A stretch of DNA of 39,147 bases, from assembly GCA_015494735.1 (NCBI GenBank), contig WGAQ01000157.1, forward strand, positions 1 through 39,147. Reading direction: 5' to 3'. The translations under genes and the position numbers were made by a program. Origin of the DNA: a candidate division WOR-3 bacterium. GTDB taxonomy: Bacteria; Hydrothermota; Hydrothermia; LBFQ01; DSFT01. How positions within the stretch are numbered: position 1 is the first letter of the stretch; each line of letters starts with the position of its first letter. Shown piece after piece: positions 17,753 through 27,351 of the stretch. Below the pieces are notes generated by a model. The model saw only the letters and a program-made list of their open reading frames with translations. It ran no database searches and was not told the DNA's origin.

Positions 17753-18406
17753 TCACCTAACAAGGTGCAACCAGTCCGAAATCAGGAAGTAAATCCTTCC
17801 AATCAGGAGGGAGACACGGGCCATAATCGTATATCCGAATGCAGAGCCGAAGGTTATCATTATGATGATCATACCGGTTTTCACTATCCACCTGAGAGCA
17901 CCTCTCTGCTCCATGGAGAAGTAGAAGTAGTAGAGGGATGAGAGGACGCCCACGATGAGGACCAGGTTGGATGCTATTTCTATGATGCTGGTGTTGTTTT
18001 CCATAATGGGGAGGAATGTGGCCACCACCTGTGGAAATATGTATCCGTGTATGCCCGTCACTATTCCTATTCCCGTCCCAACACCGGTGACGAATGCTAT
18101 GGGGAATCGGGAAATCCATGTGAGGGTGGGAGCGATGTAGTTCATAATCTCCAGTCTGAAGAGGGTCAGGATTCCCATGAATATGGCTATGTATGTGGTT
18201 ATCTTGAGGAACATGTCCTGCGTGGTAATACCCTCCTGAATGAAGGGCCAGACCGCCTGGTTGAGCATAACGATGATTCCGAATGCAGCCGATGCTCCCA
18301 CGAATATGTGCTCCACGAATTTATAAACGGGATTATCGCCGAATAGGAAGGAGAGTATCGCAAGGGTCAGGAATGCTGCCACCCATACTCCTATCAAATC
18401 CATCAT
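17753..18406 (-). CDS. Polytopic membrane protein of unknown function (module subunit D)
   Basis: About 6 hydrophobic segments, including WVAAFLTLAILSFLFGDNPVYKFVEHIFVG and FGSAFGYTIMARVSLLIGR. ATGA-coupled. Confidence 0.85.
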   Translation of the reverse strand: MMDLIGVWVAAFLTLAILSFLFGDNPVYKFVEHIFVGASAAFGIIVMLNQAVWPFIQEGITTQDMFLKITTYIAIFMGILTLFRLEIMNYIAPTLTWISRFPIAFVTGVGTGIGIVTGIHGYIFPQVVATFLPIMENNTSIIEIASNLVLIVGVLSSLYYFYFSMEQRGALRWIVKTGMIIIMITFGSAFGYTIMARVSLLIGRIYFLISDWLHLVR

Positions 18407-19257
18407 GACCTGAACCTCCTGGCTATATCGCTCAGATTACCCAGGAATATCAGCAGGATTATCAGAACGTGAACCGCAAACTGGGATACCATACCCCTGC
18501 TCGCAAATCCCGAAATTCCCAGAAGGGCTTCGTAGTCCGCTGCCCCCTTCAGTCCTCCCAGGAGGCCCTCTATTTGCCTGGATTGATAGAATGTGAAGTA
18601 TTCGGGGGTTATGACTGCTGTGGTTCCCATAATCATGGGGACGCCGTATCGGGCATTCACTATCATTATCCAGAAGTTGCCTGCATCACCTGCTTCCAGG
18701 CCCACGAGTAGCTTTATGTCCTTGTAGTTGAGGATTCCATCGTCGCCCGCTATCTCCTTATACATGGGGTAGGAGTCCAGGGGTTTTCCTTCGTTGTCCG
18801 TTGAGAAGATGTTCCTGAAGTCCTTCGACATACCAATCATGACGGCTGTGACTCCCGGTCTGTATCCCAGGACCAGATAGTCCTTGCCGTACTCCTTTCC
18901 GAACTTCTTTGCAATCTTGTCCAGCCCCTGAATGCCCATTATGAGCCCCTCGAACCTCCAGTGGGTCATGAGGAGGACCTTCAGGTCCTTCTTGAAGGCA
19001 TGGGTCAGGATTGCCTCCAGCATGGGCTGGGTTTCGGGGGCGGAGGAGGGTCCGTAATCGGTGGAAATGAGTATTACATCTCCCGGTTTGAGCCTGTCCA
19101 TCGCCTGGAATGCAGACTTTACCTCCGGGGATACGGGCATGGGGATTCGAATATTCATAATCAGGGGAATGGCGGTCGCCAGAAATACGAGAGCATAGAC
19201 GATACGGCTGTCTATTCTTCCAAGATTCTCGATAAACGCAAGAATCCTTTCTTTCAT
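18403..19257 (-). CDS. Membrane-anchored alpha/beta-domain protein of unknown function (module subunit C)
   Basis: N-terminal TM, soluble domain of about 220 aa (DYGPSSAPE, YGKDYLVLGYRPG, GTTAV, GLLGGLKGAADYE) and C-terminal TM. ATGA-coupled. Confidence 0.85.
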   Translation of the reverse strand: MKERILAFIENLGRIDSRIVYALVFLATAIPLIMNIRIPMPVSPEVKSAFQAMDRLKPGDVILISTDYGPSSAPETQPMLEAILTHAFKKDLKVLLMTHWRFEGLIMGIQGLDKIAKKFGKEYGKDYLVLGYRPGVTAVMIGMSKDFRNIFSTDNEGKPLDSYPMYKEIAGDDGILNYKDIKLLVGLEAGDAGNFWIMIVNARYGVPMIMGTTAVITPEYFTFYQSRQIEGLLGGLKGAADYEALLGISGFASRGMVSQFAVHVLIILLIFLGNLSDIARRFRS

Positions 19258-20042
19258 CTCAGGTACCCCCTTTCTATGCCAAACAGGATTCTAAGGGAAA
19301 AGGCTATGACACCCAGAGAAAGACCCAGACCTATACCCCTCTGTCCTGCTGCGTTGGGAACCTGCATTATCCAGTCAGCCAGTCCCGGGATGAAATTGGC
19401 GAAAGCCTTCGTATATTCGGGGTAGAACAGGGGCAGTATGGTGCCCAGGAATGCCAGCCCCACTATCATCCTTATGAACCTGTCTATCCCCACGTACTTC
19501 GAACTTTCGTAGAGGAAATAGACCCCGACGAGAATCATGAATGCGACGAAGAAAGCCACGAACACCACTCCCCCCAGGGGAACCCTTCCCATCATGACTA
19601 TGCTGGCGGCTATGAGCAGGAGGGTGGACTCGAAGCTCCTTGCCCTGAAAGCCCTGTATGCCGCAGAGGCGATGAAGAATGCCAGAAGGGCGAACATGGT
19701 GGAGTCCAGAGGGAGATATACGTACTGGAACATCCAGAGGAAGGAGGAGCGGGCATCGAAGGGATTCCCTATCTTCCACCACGAGTAGAAACCCCAGAAG
19801 AGGGTCACGAAGAAGGCGATTATAAGCCCCGCACTGTGTATCGCCTGAGTTCCCCCCTTCCTGATTTTCCTGAAGTGGTTCAGCAGGAGGCTATCCACCC
19901 CCAGGGCGAGGGCAAAGCCCCAGATTATGGTGGTCCACCTTGTGGCAAGGCTCTCCGCGTTGGCGAACTGGGGCATAAAGAACATGGCTATCATGAACAT
20001 GCCCATTATGAAGGTCAAGAGTACGGGTAATGTGGTTTGCAT
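19254..20042 (-). CDS. Polytopic membrane protein of unknown function (module subunit B)
   Basis: About 8 hydrophobic segments, including TMFALLAFFIASAAYRAFRARS and PNAAGQRGIGLG...LRILFGIER. SD AGGAGG. Confidence 0.85.
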   Translation of the reverse strand: MQTTLPVLLTFIMGMFMIAMFFMPQFANAESLATRWTTIIWGFALALGVDSLLLNHFRKIRKGGTQAIHSAGLIIAFFVTLFWGFYSWWKIGNPFDARSSFLWMFQYVYLPLDSTMFALLAFFIASAAYRAFRARSFESTLLLIAASIVMMGRVPLGGVVFVAFFVAFMILVGVYFLYESSKYVGIDRFIRMIVGLAFLGTILPLFYPEYTKAFANFIPGLADWIMQVPNAAGQRGIGLGLSLGVIAFSLRILFGIERGYLR

Positions 20043-20044
20043 GC

Positions 20045-21184
20045 CTATCCTCCTGTTACCGTCCAGATGGCCTTATAAATGTTGTAGATGTTCTCTGCAA
20101 TTCCGAACTGGGCCAGTGTTGCCAGCGTGACGCCCACTATAATGGCAGCGATGAGGAGAATCTTCGCAATATCCTCCGATTTGATGGTTCCTATCTCCAC
20201 AGGATTCTTACTGAGGTATGCAGATGCTGCGTACATCTCCTCCCCTATCAGGGTGTAGTCGCATGCGGCGATAAAGAAGGGCAACTGCGTTACTGCTGTG
20301 GTGCCGGCTATGCTTATGGAGCCTATGGTGTAGGCCGTCTCTGCCATCACAAGGGATTCCGCATAGAAGTACCCCATGAAGAATGTGGCTCCCGGCTTTT
20401 CCCTGACCAGTATTCCATTGACACCGGCGGCGTATCCGAATTGCTGGGTGGTCAGGAACATAATGTTCTCTTCCTTATATACATCGGGTCTTCCCGCCTC
20501 CAGCATGCCCTCCTTTACAGCCTCTTTGGATGCCAGCAGGACCAGGGGGTCTGCATTCGGTACTATGAGGTCGATTTCATACAGGGCAACTTTCTTGGCG
20601 ATGTACTTCAGTATGGCTATGGCAGAAATGGTGGTGGGGCTATCCAGTCCCGACAATCCATGCACGAAGACCACGGGCTTTCCCATTTCCGTGGAGCGGC
20701 CCACCGCCTCGTCTATGGCATCCAGACCGGCAAGCCTCCTTATGAAGATTTCCTTCCCCATACGTGCCTGATTGTAGTAGTAGAAGAAGAGGAATCCGAA
20801 GAATAGCAGGAATATGAGGACGGGGAATCTCTCCTTCGCTATGAAGCCCAGGATATACTGCCGCTCTTCTTCCTTTTGAGCCGTTTCCACCTTTACCGGG
20901 TCGGACCATTTGCTGTCCACGAATGTGGTGTCGTCTGGACCGTATGAGCGGACCATATAGAGGTAGGAGACTCCGGGTTTCAGGGTGGTGTCTATCATCA
21001 GGGTATCGGTGGTTTCCCCTATCTTCACCACATCTTCGGAGCTCTCCGCCTTTCTGTACACCTCGAACTTCTTCACGGAAGTGTCCGCTCTTGACCAGTG
21101 TATTACAGCCTCTCCATCCCTCACCTGGACGGATGGCCGGTCCACTGGAATGATAAATACCTGTGCAATCAAAAACAGATTCAT
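20045..21184 (-). CDS. Fibronectin type III domain + TM + DUF6754-like domain protein (module subunit A)
   Basis: FN3 pattern [26 protein letters not shown], one TM, then [23 protein letters not shown] and [17 protein letters not shown], and a C-terminal TM. ATG 21184 overlaps the ahcY stop and has SD GGAGG. Confidence 0.85.
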   Translation of the reverse strand: MNLFLIAQVFIIPVDRPSVQVRDGEAVIHWSRADTSVKKFEVYRKAESSEDVVKIGETTDTLMIDTTLKPGVSYLYMVRSYGPDDTTFVDSKWSDPVKVETAQKEEERQYILGFIAKERFPVLIFLLFFGFLFFYYYNQARMGKEIFIRRLAGLDAIDEAVGRSTEMGKPVVFVHGLSGLDSPTTISAIAILKYIAKKVALYEIDLIVPNADPLVLLASKEAVKEGMLEAGRPDVYKEENIMFLTTQQFGYAAGVNGILVREKPGATFFMGYFYAESLVMAETAYTIGSISIAGTTAVTQLPFFIAACDYTLIGEEMYAASAYLSKNPVEIGTIKSEDIAKILLIAAIIVGVTLATLAQFGIAENIYNIYKAIWTVTGG

Positions 21185-22425
21185 GTTCCTTCCTCCCAAC
21201 TGGAGAGATACTTCTTCTGCTCCGGTGTCAACTCATCAATTTTAACCCCCAGGACGTTCAATTTCAGGGATGCTATCATGACGTCTATTTCATCCGGAAG
21301 TCTGTAAACCTTCTTTTCCAGATTCTCGTGGTTATCCAGTATGTACTTCACGGCCATGAATTGATTGGAAAAACTCATATCCATCACCTCCGAAGGATGT
21401 CCCTCCGCTGCTCCGAGATTCACGAGCCGCCCCTCCGCAAGCAGGAAGACCCTGCGCCCGTCCTCGAGGGTGTATTCGTCCACGCTGTCCCTTATCCTGC
21501 GCACTTTTACCGAGAGGCGCTCGAGGGCCTCCTTATCTATTTCCACATCGAAGTGGCCGGCGTTGGCCAGAATGATGCCATCCCTTGCGACCCTGAGGTG
21601 GTTTTCAGCGATTACATGTTTGTCTCCCGTGGCGGTTACCACTATGTCGGAGATTCTTATGGCCTCTTCCATGGGCATCACGCTGAATCCATCGTAATAG
21701 GCCTCGATTGCCCTTATGGGGTCCACCTCCGTGACTATGACCCTCGCTCCCATGCCCCTTGCCCTCATGGCAATGCCCCTTCCGACCCATCCATAACCCG
21801 CGACCGTGAATGTCTTTCCTGCAATCAGAATGTTCGTTGCCCTGAGTATCCCGTCTATCGTGGACTGGCCTGTCCCGTATCGATTGTCGAAGAGGAATTT
21901 GGTCCTGGAATCGTTTACGGCGATGACGGGGTAGTGGAGCACTCCATCCCTGGCCATGGCCCTTAACCTTATCACGCCCGTGGTGGTTTCCTCGGTTCCT
22001 CCGAGTATTCCTCCCGTCAGACCATACTTGTGGGCATACGAAGTGAGGTCGGCTCCATCATCCATGGTTATGTGGGGTTTGAATTCCAGACACTGCTTTA
22101 TGTGCTCGTAGTAGGTGTCCCTGTCCTCTCCTCTTACTGCAAATACCTCGATTCCGAAGTGCTTCACCAGAGCGGCAGCCACGTCATCCTGTGTGGACAG
22201 GGGATTGGATGCGCATAGTCTGACGCTGGCTCCTGCTTTCTTCAGGGCTATGGCGAGGTTGGCTGTTTCCGTCGTTATGTGAAGGCAGGCTGCTATCCGG
22301 GTTCCCTTGAAGGCTCCTTCGTGTTCTATGGCCAGCCTCTTCAGAACGCCCATGTGCTGGCCGGCCCATTCTATGCGCAGAAGTCCCTTATCTGCAAGAG
22401 CGGGGTCCTTTATGTGGTATTCCAT
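21181..22425 (-). CDS. ahcY: Adenosylhomocysteinase (SAH hydrolase)
   Basis: Motifs [47 protein letters not shown] and [12 protein letters not shown]. Confidence 0.97.
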   Translation of the reverse strand: MEYHIKDPALADKGLLRIEWAGQHMGVLKRLAIEHEGAFKGTRIAACLHITTETANLAIALKKAGASVRLCASNPLSTQDDVAAALVKHFGIEVFAVRGEDRDTYYEHIKQCLEFKPHITMDDGADLTSYAHKYGLTGGILGGTEETTTGVIRLRAMARDGVLHYPVIAVNDSRTKFLFDNRYGTGQSTIDGILRATNILIAGKTFTVAGYGWVGRGIAMRARGMGARVIVTEVDPIRAIEAYYDGFSVMPMEEAIRISDIVVTATGDKHVIAENHLRVARDGIILANAGHFDVEIDKEALERLSVKVRRIRDSVDEYTLEDGRRVFLLAEGRLVNLGAAEGHPSEVMDMSFSNQFMAVKYILDNHENLEKKVYRLPDEIDVMIASLKLNVLGVKIDELTPEQKKYLSSWEEGT

Positions 22426-22443
22426 GAACGACTAATTTTAAAG

Positions 22444-22466
22444 GGAGGTTCCAGCAGAACCGCTCC
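22444..22466 (-). terminator. Bulged hairpin GGA(GC)GGTTC-TGCTG-GAACCTCC followed by CTTT-AAAAT
   Basis: Lies immediately after the stop at 22468. Its tail runs into the ahcY -10 box (22435-22440). Confidence 0.4.
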
Positions 22467-22467
22467 T

Positions 22468-22962
22468 TCACGGCAGAGGGTCGCGGAATTGCTCCGGACC
22501 TCCGGTCTGGCTCCTGACGAATCTTCTGAGCAACTCATCCGACATGCCCGTCGCCCTCTGGACGGCTCGATAGAACAGGTCGTTCATTTCGCTGGATAGC
22601 GTCACGATGAATGCGAAGGCCATCTTTTCCAGAGCGATGCGGGTTCTTTCATCGACCCATGCATTCCTTCCGATGTCTTTCAGGATGCGGAACATGAGCT
22701 TCCCCACTTCCGGGAGGGATATTTCTTCGCCGAGCATGTACCCTGCCAGTTCCCTTATGGGGTGGAAGTCTCCCCTGAGCATGGCTTTTGCTACCATCGA
22801 CAGGTATTCCATTAATTCGCTCCCTTTCGGATTCAGGTGGGTGTCCGTTATCCTGCGGATGGATTCGTCGATAATGGAGGCTATTCTTTCCCTCTCATCC
22901 CGTTCGATTAACGTATCCATCAGTATCGAGTAGAATTCTTCCCTCATTTTTTCCATTTCCAT
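22468..22962 (-). CDS. Hypothetical all-helical protein
   Basis: Start at ATG 22962 or 22956, after TATACT and GGAG. Amphipathic helices. No family recognised. Confidence 0.65.
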   Translation of the reverse strand: MEMEKMREEFYSILMDTLIERDERERIASIIDESIRRITDTHLNPKGSELMEYLSMVAKAMLRGDFHPIRELAGYMLGEEISLPEVGKLMFRILKDIGRNAWVDERTRIALEKMAFAFIVTLSSEMNDLFYRAVQRATGMSDELLRRFVRSQTGGPEQFRDPLP

Positions 22963-23012
22963 GCTCCGATTTCTCAAAGTATAATGGCAGAATCGCTGTA
23001 AACTTTTGACCC

Positions 23013-23912
23013 ATGAAGTCCGGATTCGTAGCAATCGTGGGAAAGCCCAACGTGGGAAAGTCCACCCTCCTGAACATGATGCTCAGGGAGAAGGTGTCCA
23101 TCGTAAGCCACAAACCCCAGACCACCCGATTCAACATACTGGGCATATTGACCACTGAGGATGCCCAGATTATCTTCATAGACACGCCGGGAATCATGAA
23201 GAAAGCGAAGAATGTCCTGGACAAATCCCTTCTGAAGGAGGCATTCTCCAGCCTTCAGGATGCAGATGTGGTGGTCATGGTGGTGGAGCCCACCTACCCC
23301 ACGGAGGAGGATTTGAAGGTGCTGGAGGCTGTGAAGCAATCCGGCAAGCCTTCCATACTGGTCATAAACAAGATAGACACCGTGAGGGACAAGAAGGAAC
23401 TGCTTCCGATAATGGAGCACTACTCCAGACTGCACGACTTCAGGGAATTCGTCCCCATAAGCGCCCTGTACAGGGATGGAATAGACATCCTGATAGATGT
23501 GATAAAGAAGTACCTGCCGGAGGGCGAACTCTACTTCCCTGAAGACCAGATTACAGACAAGCCCCTGCGGGTAATCGTGGCAGAAATCATAAGGGAGAAG
23601 ATTTATCAGCTGTACCACGAGGAGATACCCTATGCCACTGCCGTCCATGTGGAGGAATTCATAGACCCGGAGGAGCATCCGGAGGAGAACAGGAAGAAGG
23701 TCTATATACGGGCCATCATCTACGTGGAGAGGGAGAGCCAGAAGCCCATAATAATAGGGGAGGGGGGCAGGAAGATAAAGCAACTGGGCATGGCGGCCCG
23801 CAAAGACATAGAGGCCCTGCTCGGAAAGCCCGTGTTCCTCGAACTTCATGTGAAGGTCAAGCCCAAGTGGAGGAGGAACGAGGCCTTTATCAGGTCCCTC
23901 AACAGGATTTAG
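23013..23912 (+). CDS. era: GTPase Era
   Basis: Motifs GKPNVGKST, KPQTTR, DTPG, NKID, EIPY and KH-domain IIIGEGG. -10 TAAACT at 22999-23004. Confidence 0.97.
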   Translation: MKSGFVAIVGKPNVGKSTLLNMMLREKVSIVSHKPQTTRFNILGILTTEDAQIIFIDTPGIMKKAKNVLDKSLLKEAFSSLQDADVVVMVVEPTYPTEEDLKVLEAVKQSGKPSILVINKIDTVRDKKELLPIMEHYSRLHDFREFVPISALYRDGIDILIDVIKKYLPEGELYFPEDQITDKPLRVIVAEIIREKIYQLYHEEIPYATAVHVEEFIDPEEHPEENRKKVYIRAIIYVERESQKPIIIGEGGRKIKQLGMAARKDIEALLGKPVFLELHVKVKPKWRRNEAFIRSLNRI

Positions 23913-23914
23913 TG

Positions 23915-23937
23915 CCCTGGAGGGTTCTTCAGGGTTT
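23915..23937 (+). terminator. Hairpin CCCTGGAG-GGTT-CTTCAGGG followed by TTT
   Basis: 8-bp stem with one G-U pair, directly after the era stop and between convergent genes. Confidence 0.5.
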
Positions 23938-24471
23938 CCTCGCGCTTTTCAACTTATTTATCTCCCTCCTGGCATAATTCACGAATGCGATAGAGGACAT
24001 GATTACGGATAGAATCAGAAGGTGCCACCTGAAGGGCACCTCGAAGATATACGCGATAACCATGGCGTAGAATGTGATACCTGCAACTTTTCCGAGAGCG
24101 TTGGAGCCGTCCAGATGGGCCGGTGTGGACAGCCAGATGAATACACCTCCGATTATAAGGAGGAATTCCCTCACCAGGAAGAACATGTATGCCCAGTTGG
24201 GCAAATCCTTGTAAACGTTGAGGGCGTACGTGATGGTCAGTATTAGGAGTTTATCCACGAGGTGGTCGTACACCTTACCGAATATCCTGTCGCTGATTCG
24301 GAGCCTCCTCGCAAGATATCCGTCCAGTATATCGGTCACGAATATTATTCCCAGTATGAGGAGAGCGATGTACTCATTTACCGGAATAGACCAGAAAACG
24401 GCCGGTATGAGGACCAGCCGAATCGTGGTGAATACATCAGGAAGTTTCAAAAACGATGCGGTATGCCTCAT
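23929..24471 (-). CDS. CDP-alcohol phosphatidyltransferase (PgsA-like)
   Basis: Signature TDILDGYLARR...GKVYDHLVDK and multiple TM segments. Confidence 0.88.
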   Translation of the reverse strand: MRHTASFLKLPDVFTTIRLVLIPAVFWSIPVNEYIALLILGIIFVTDILDGYLARRLRISDRIFGKVYDHLVDKLLILTITYALNVYKDLPNWAYMFFLVREFLLIIGGVFIWLSTPAHLDGSNALGKVAGITFYAMVIAYIFEVPFRWHLLILSVIMSSIAFVNYARREINKLKSARKP

Positions 24472-26782
24472 TCACGTCATCCACGAAATGGAACTTGATG
24501 TCTCTGATGCTTTCCCTGGGAATCTCTTCGAGGTCCTTCTTATTCCACTTGGGGAGTATGATTTCCTTCACGCCTGCTCTCTTCGCAGCCAGTACCTTTT
24601 CCTTTATACCGCCTACGGGCAGGACTTTGCCCCTGAGGGTTATTTCACCGGTCATCGCGAGGTATGGTTTCGGTGCTCTTCCGGAGAAGAGGGAGATGAG
24701 GGCCATCAGTATGCTTATCCCCGCAGAGGGACCATCCTTGGGTATCGCCCCGGCCGGCACGTGCACATGGACATCGTTCTCCATGAAGACCTTCGGGTCC
24801 TCTATGCCCCACCGGCTGTAGTTGGCTTTCACGAGCGAGAAGGCTGCTTCGGCACTTTCCCTCATCACGTCCCCCAGTTGACCCGTGAGCTTCAGATTTC
24901 CCTTTCCGGGCATCTTGAGGGCTTCGATGAATATGATGTCCCCTCCGGTGGGCGTCCATGCCAGACCTATGATTACACCCACCTCACCCTTGCGCTCCGC
25001 GACTTCGGAGTAGAACTTCTCCGGACCCAGGTACTTCTTAACGCTCTTCTCGGTTATGACGAATCTCTTCTGCTTCACATTGTCTTCCGCTATCCTCAGG
25101 GCTATCTTCCTGAGTATGGATGCGATTTCCCTCGAAAGTTGCCTCACTCCCGCTTCCCTCGTGTATCCCTCTATAATCTTCCGTATGGCTCCCTCCGTGA
25201 ACCGGATGTCGTATCCCTTTAGACCGTTATTCTCGATTTCCCTCGGAATCAGGTGCTTCATGGCTATGTGAATCTTATCCTCCACGGTGTATCCGGGTAT
25301 GTCGATTATCTCCATCCTGTCCAGAAGCGGTGGGGGGATGGTAACGGTCGTATTGGCTGTGGCGATGAATATGACCTTGGAGAGGTCGAAGGGGACTTCC
25401 AGATAGTGGTCCACGAATTCTCTGTTCTGCTCCGGGTCGAGCACTTCCAGCAGGGCCGCGGCGGGGTCTCCCCTGAAATCCGCCCCTATCTTGTCCACCT
25501 CGTCGAGCATTATAACCGGATTCTTCACACCCACCTTGCGTATGGCGCTTATGATTCTGCCCGGCAGGGCTCCCACGTAGGTTCTGCGATGACCCCTTAT
25601 TTCCGCTTCATCCCTGATTCCACCAAGAGAAATGCGGATAAATTTGCGTCCCAGCGCCCGTGCTATGGACTGGCCGAGAGATGTTTTACCCACCCCCGGC
25701 GGCCCCACGAATGCCATTATTGCCCCTTTGGCATCTTTCTTGAGTTTCCTTACAGCCAGATATTCCAGTATTCTCTGCTTAACTTTGTCCAGGTCGTAAT
25801 GGTCCTCATCCAGTACCTTTCTTGCATGCTTCAAATCGAGATTATCCTGAGTTTCCACATTCCAGGGCATGTTAACGAGCCAGTCCAGATATGTCCTGAC
25901 CACGTGGTATTCGGGGGATATGGGCTGGAGTCTCCTGAGTTTGTTCAACTCCCTGCGCGCCACTTCCTTAACGTGGGCGGGAAGGGTTTCGATTTTCTTC
26001 TCCAGTTCCTCTAACTCTACGTCCTCTTCGCCCAGTTCCTTCTGTATGACTTTAATCTGCTCCCTGAGAAAGTACTCCTTCTGCGTCCTCTCGAACTCCT
26101 CCCTCACCTTTTCCTGTATCTTTTCGGACAGGCGGAGCATTTCGATGTGCCTGTGTACGAGCTCCAGGACCTTTTTGAGTTTCTCCACGGGGTCCAGTTC
26201 TTCCAGTATAACCTGTTTCTCCTCCACCTTCGCTGGAAGCATGGAGGTAACCGTATGGGCGAGCTTGATGGGGGAGACGATGTGCTTGATTTTCCTGACG
26301 TGGTCTTCCGTATGCATGGGGGAGATTCTGACGTATTCCTCGAAGGCCTTGATTATTCCGTTGACGAGGCTCTCCACCTTCGGGTCCTTGGTATCCACAG
26401 GGGGAATCTCCAGCTCCACCACTTCCCCCTTCATATAGGGCTCTGTCTGGATGAGATTTATCAGTTTTCCGGGGTTCATCCCCTCCACGATGAGCCGGAG
26501 ATTATTGCTCGTGTCCCTGAAAAACTTGACTATCTTAACGATGGTCCCTATGGTGTATATATCTTCTATGCTCTCCGCCTGTTTTTCGGGATCCTTCTGG
26601 GCGACGGCCAGTACCCTGGCGTCCGGGTCATCCAGAACATCCTCCACCAGGCTCTTGGCCTTTTCGCTCGTTATCGTTATGGGAACTAACTGTCCCGGCA
26701 GAACGATACCTCCCCTTATGGGAAGTACCGGCATTATCATTTTTTCTTTTATCTCCTGATTCATCTCCTTCTCACCCATCAT
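24437..26782 (-). CDS. lon: ATP-dependent Lon protease (LonA)
   Basis: N-domain PVLPIR, Walker A GPPGVGKTS, RRTYVGALPG, LDEVDK, PKDGPSAG (catalytic Ser) and GGIKEKVLAAKR. The start could be 26764. Confidence 0.97.
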   Translation of the reverse strand: MMGEKEMNQEIKEKMIMPVLPIRGGIVLPGQLVPITITSEKAKSLVEDVLDDPDARVLAVAQKDPEKQAESIEDIYTIGTIVKIVKFFRDTSNNLRLIVEGMNPGKLINLIQTEPYMKGEVVELEIPPVDTKDPKVESLVNGIIKAFEEYVRISPMHTEDHVRKIKHIVSPIKLAHTVTSMLPAKVEEKQVILEELDPVEKLKKVLELVHRHIEMLRLSEKIQEKVREEFERTQKEYFLREQIKVIQKELGEEDVELEELEKKIETLPAHVKEVARRELNKLRRLQPISPEYHVVRTYLDWLVNMPWNVETQDNLDLKHARKVLDEDHYDLDKVKQRILEYLAVRKLKKDAKGAIMAFVGPPGVGKTSLGQSIARALGRKFIRISLGGIRDEAEIRGHRRTYVGALPGRIISAIRKVGVKNPVIMLDEVDKIGADFRGDPAAALLEVLDPEQNREFVDHYLEVPFDLSKVIFIATANTTVTIPPPLLDRMEIIDIPGYTVEDKIHIAMKHLIPREIENNGLKGYDIRFTEGAIRKIIEGYTREAGVRQLSREIASILRKIALRIAEDNVKQKRFVITEKSVKKYLGPEKFYSEVAERKGEVGVIIGLAWTPTGGDIIFIEALKMPGKGNLKLTGQLGDVMRESAEAAFSLVKANYSRWGIEDPKVFMENDVHVHVPAGAIPKDGPSAGISILMALISLFSGRAPKPYLAMTGEITLRGKVLPVGGIKEKVLAAKRAGVKEIILPKWNKKDLEEIPRESIRDIKFHFVDDVNEAYRIVFETS

Positions 26783-27113
26783 GTACCTCTATCTCCTTTA
26801 CTCCAGGTTTGGGAAGGATTATAATAAGGACTCCCTGTTTGAACTTGCTCTCTATTCGCTCCTCATCCACCTCTCTTCCGATGTGGATTTCCCTTACGAA
26901 GAATCCGTATGCGGCCTCCATGATGTAATAGTACTTGGTCTTTTCCGTTTCCACCGGTTCTTTCAGATATCCCTGGATGTATATGGTTCCGCTCTGATAC
27001 ATTATTTTGAGCGAATCCCTGTCCACATTGGGTGCAAACAGTAATATATAATAGGCGTCCTCCGTCTCGAAGACGTTAAGCGGAGGATAACTGTCCTCCA
27101 GATAATCGATCAT
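26772..27113 (-). CDS. Hsp20/alpha-crystallin small heat-shock protein
   Basis: Motifs [20 protein letters not shown] and [12 protein letters not shown]. Adjacent to lon. Confidence 0.88.
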   Translation of the reverse strand: MIDYLEDSYPPLNVFETEDAYYILLFAPNVDRDSLKIMYQSGTIYIQGYLKEPVETEKTKYYYIMEAAYGFFVREIHIGREVDEERIESKFKQGVLIIILPKPGVKEIEVHDG

Positions 27114-27316
27114 CTCTTTCCTAACGCATGCAGAACGTGGAACTTGTCCGCACTGCTTACGAGAGCAGGCTTACGGAGTCTCCTCTTCCTCTTGCTGGTC
27201 TTCTTGGTAAGTATGTGGCTCTTGAATGCATGCCTTCTGAGGATTTTGTTTCCCTTCCCGTTTTTGGTGACCTTGAACCTCTTGGCCACTGCTCTCTTCG
27301 TCTTCATCTTAGGCAT
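27110..27316 (-). CDS. rpmI: 50S ribosomal protein bL35
   Basis: [17 protein letters not shown]...[15 protein letters not shown], 68 aa, SD AGGAGG and -10 TAAAAT at 27344-27349. Confidence 0.95.
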   Translation of the reverse strand: MPKMKTKRAVAKRFKVTKNGKGNKILRRHAFKSHILTKKTSKRKRRLRKPALVSSADKFHVLHALGKR

Positions 27317-27351
27317 CGTGAAATCCCCTCCTGTTCGTCCCAAATTTTATA

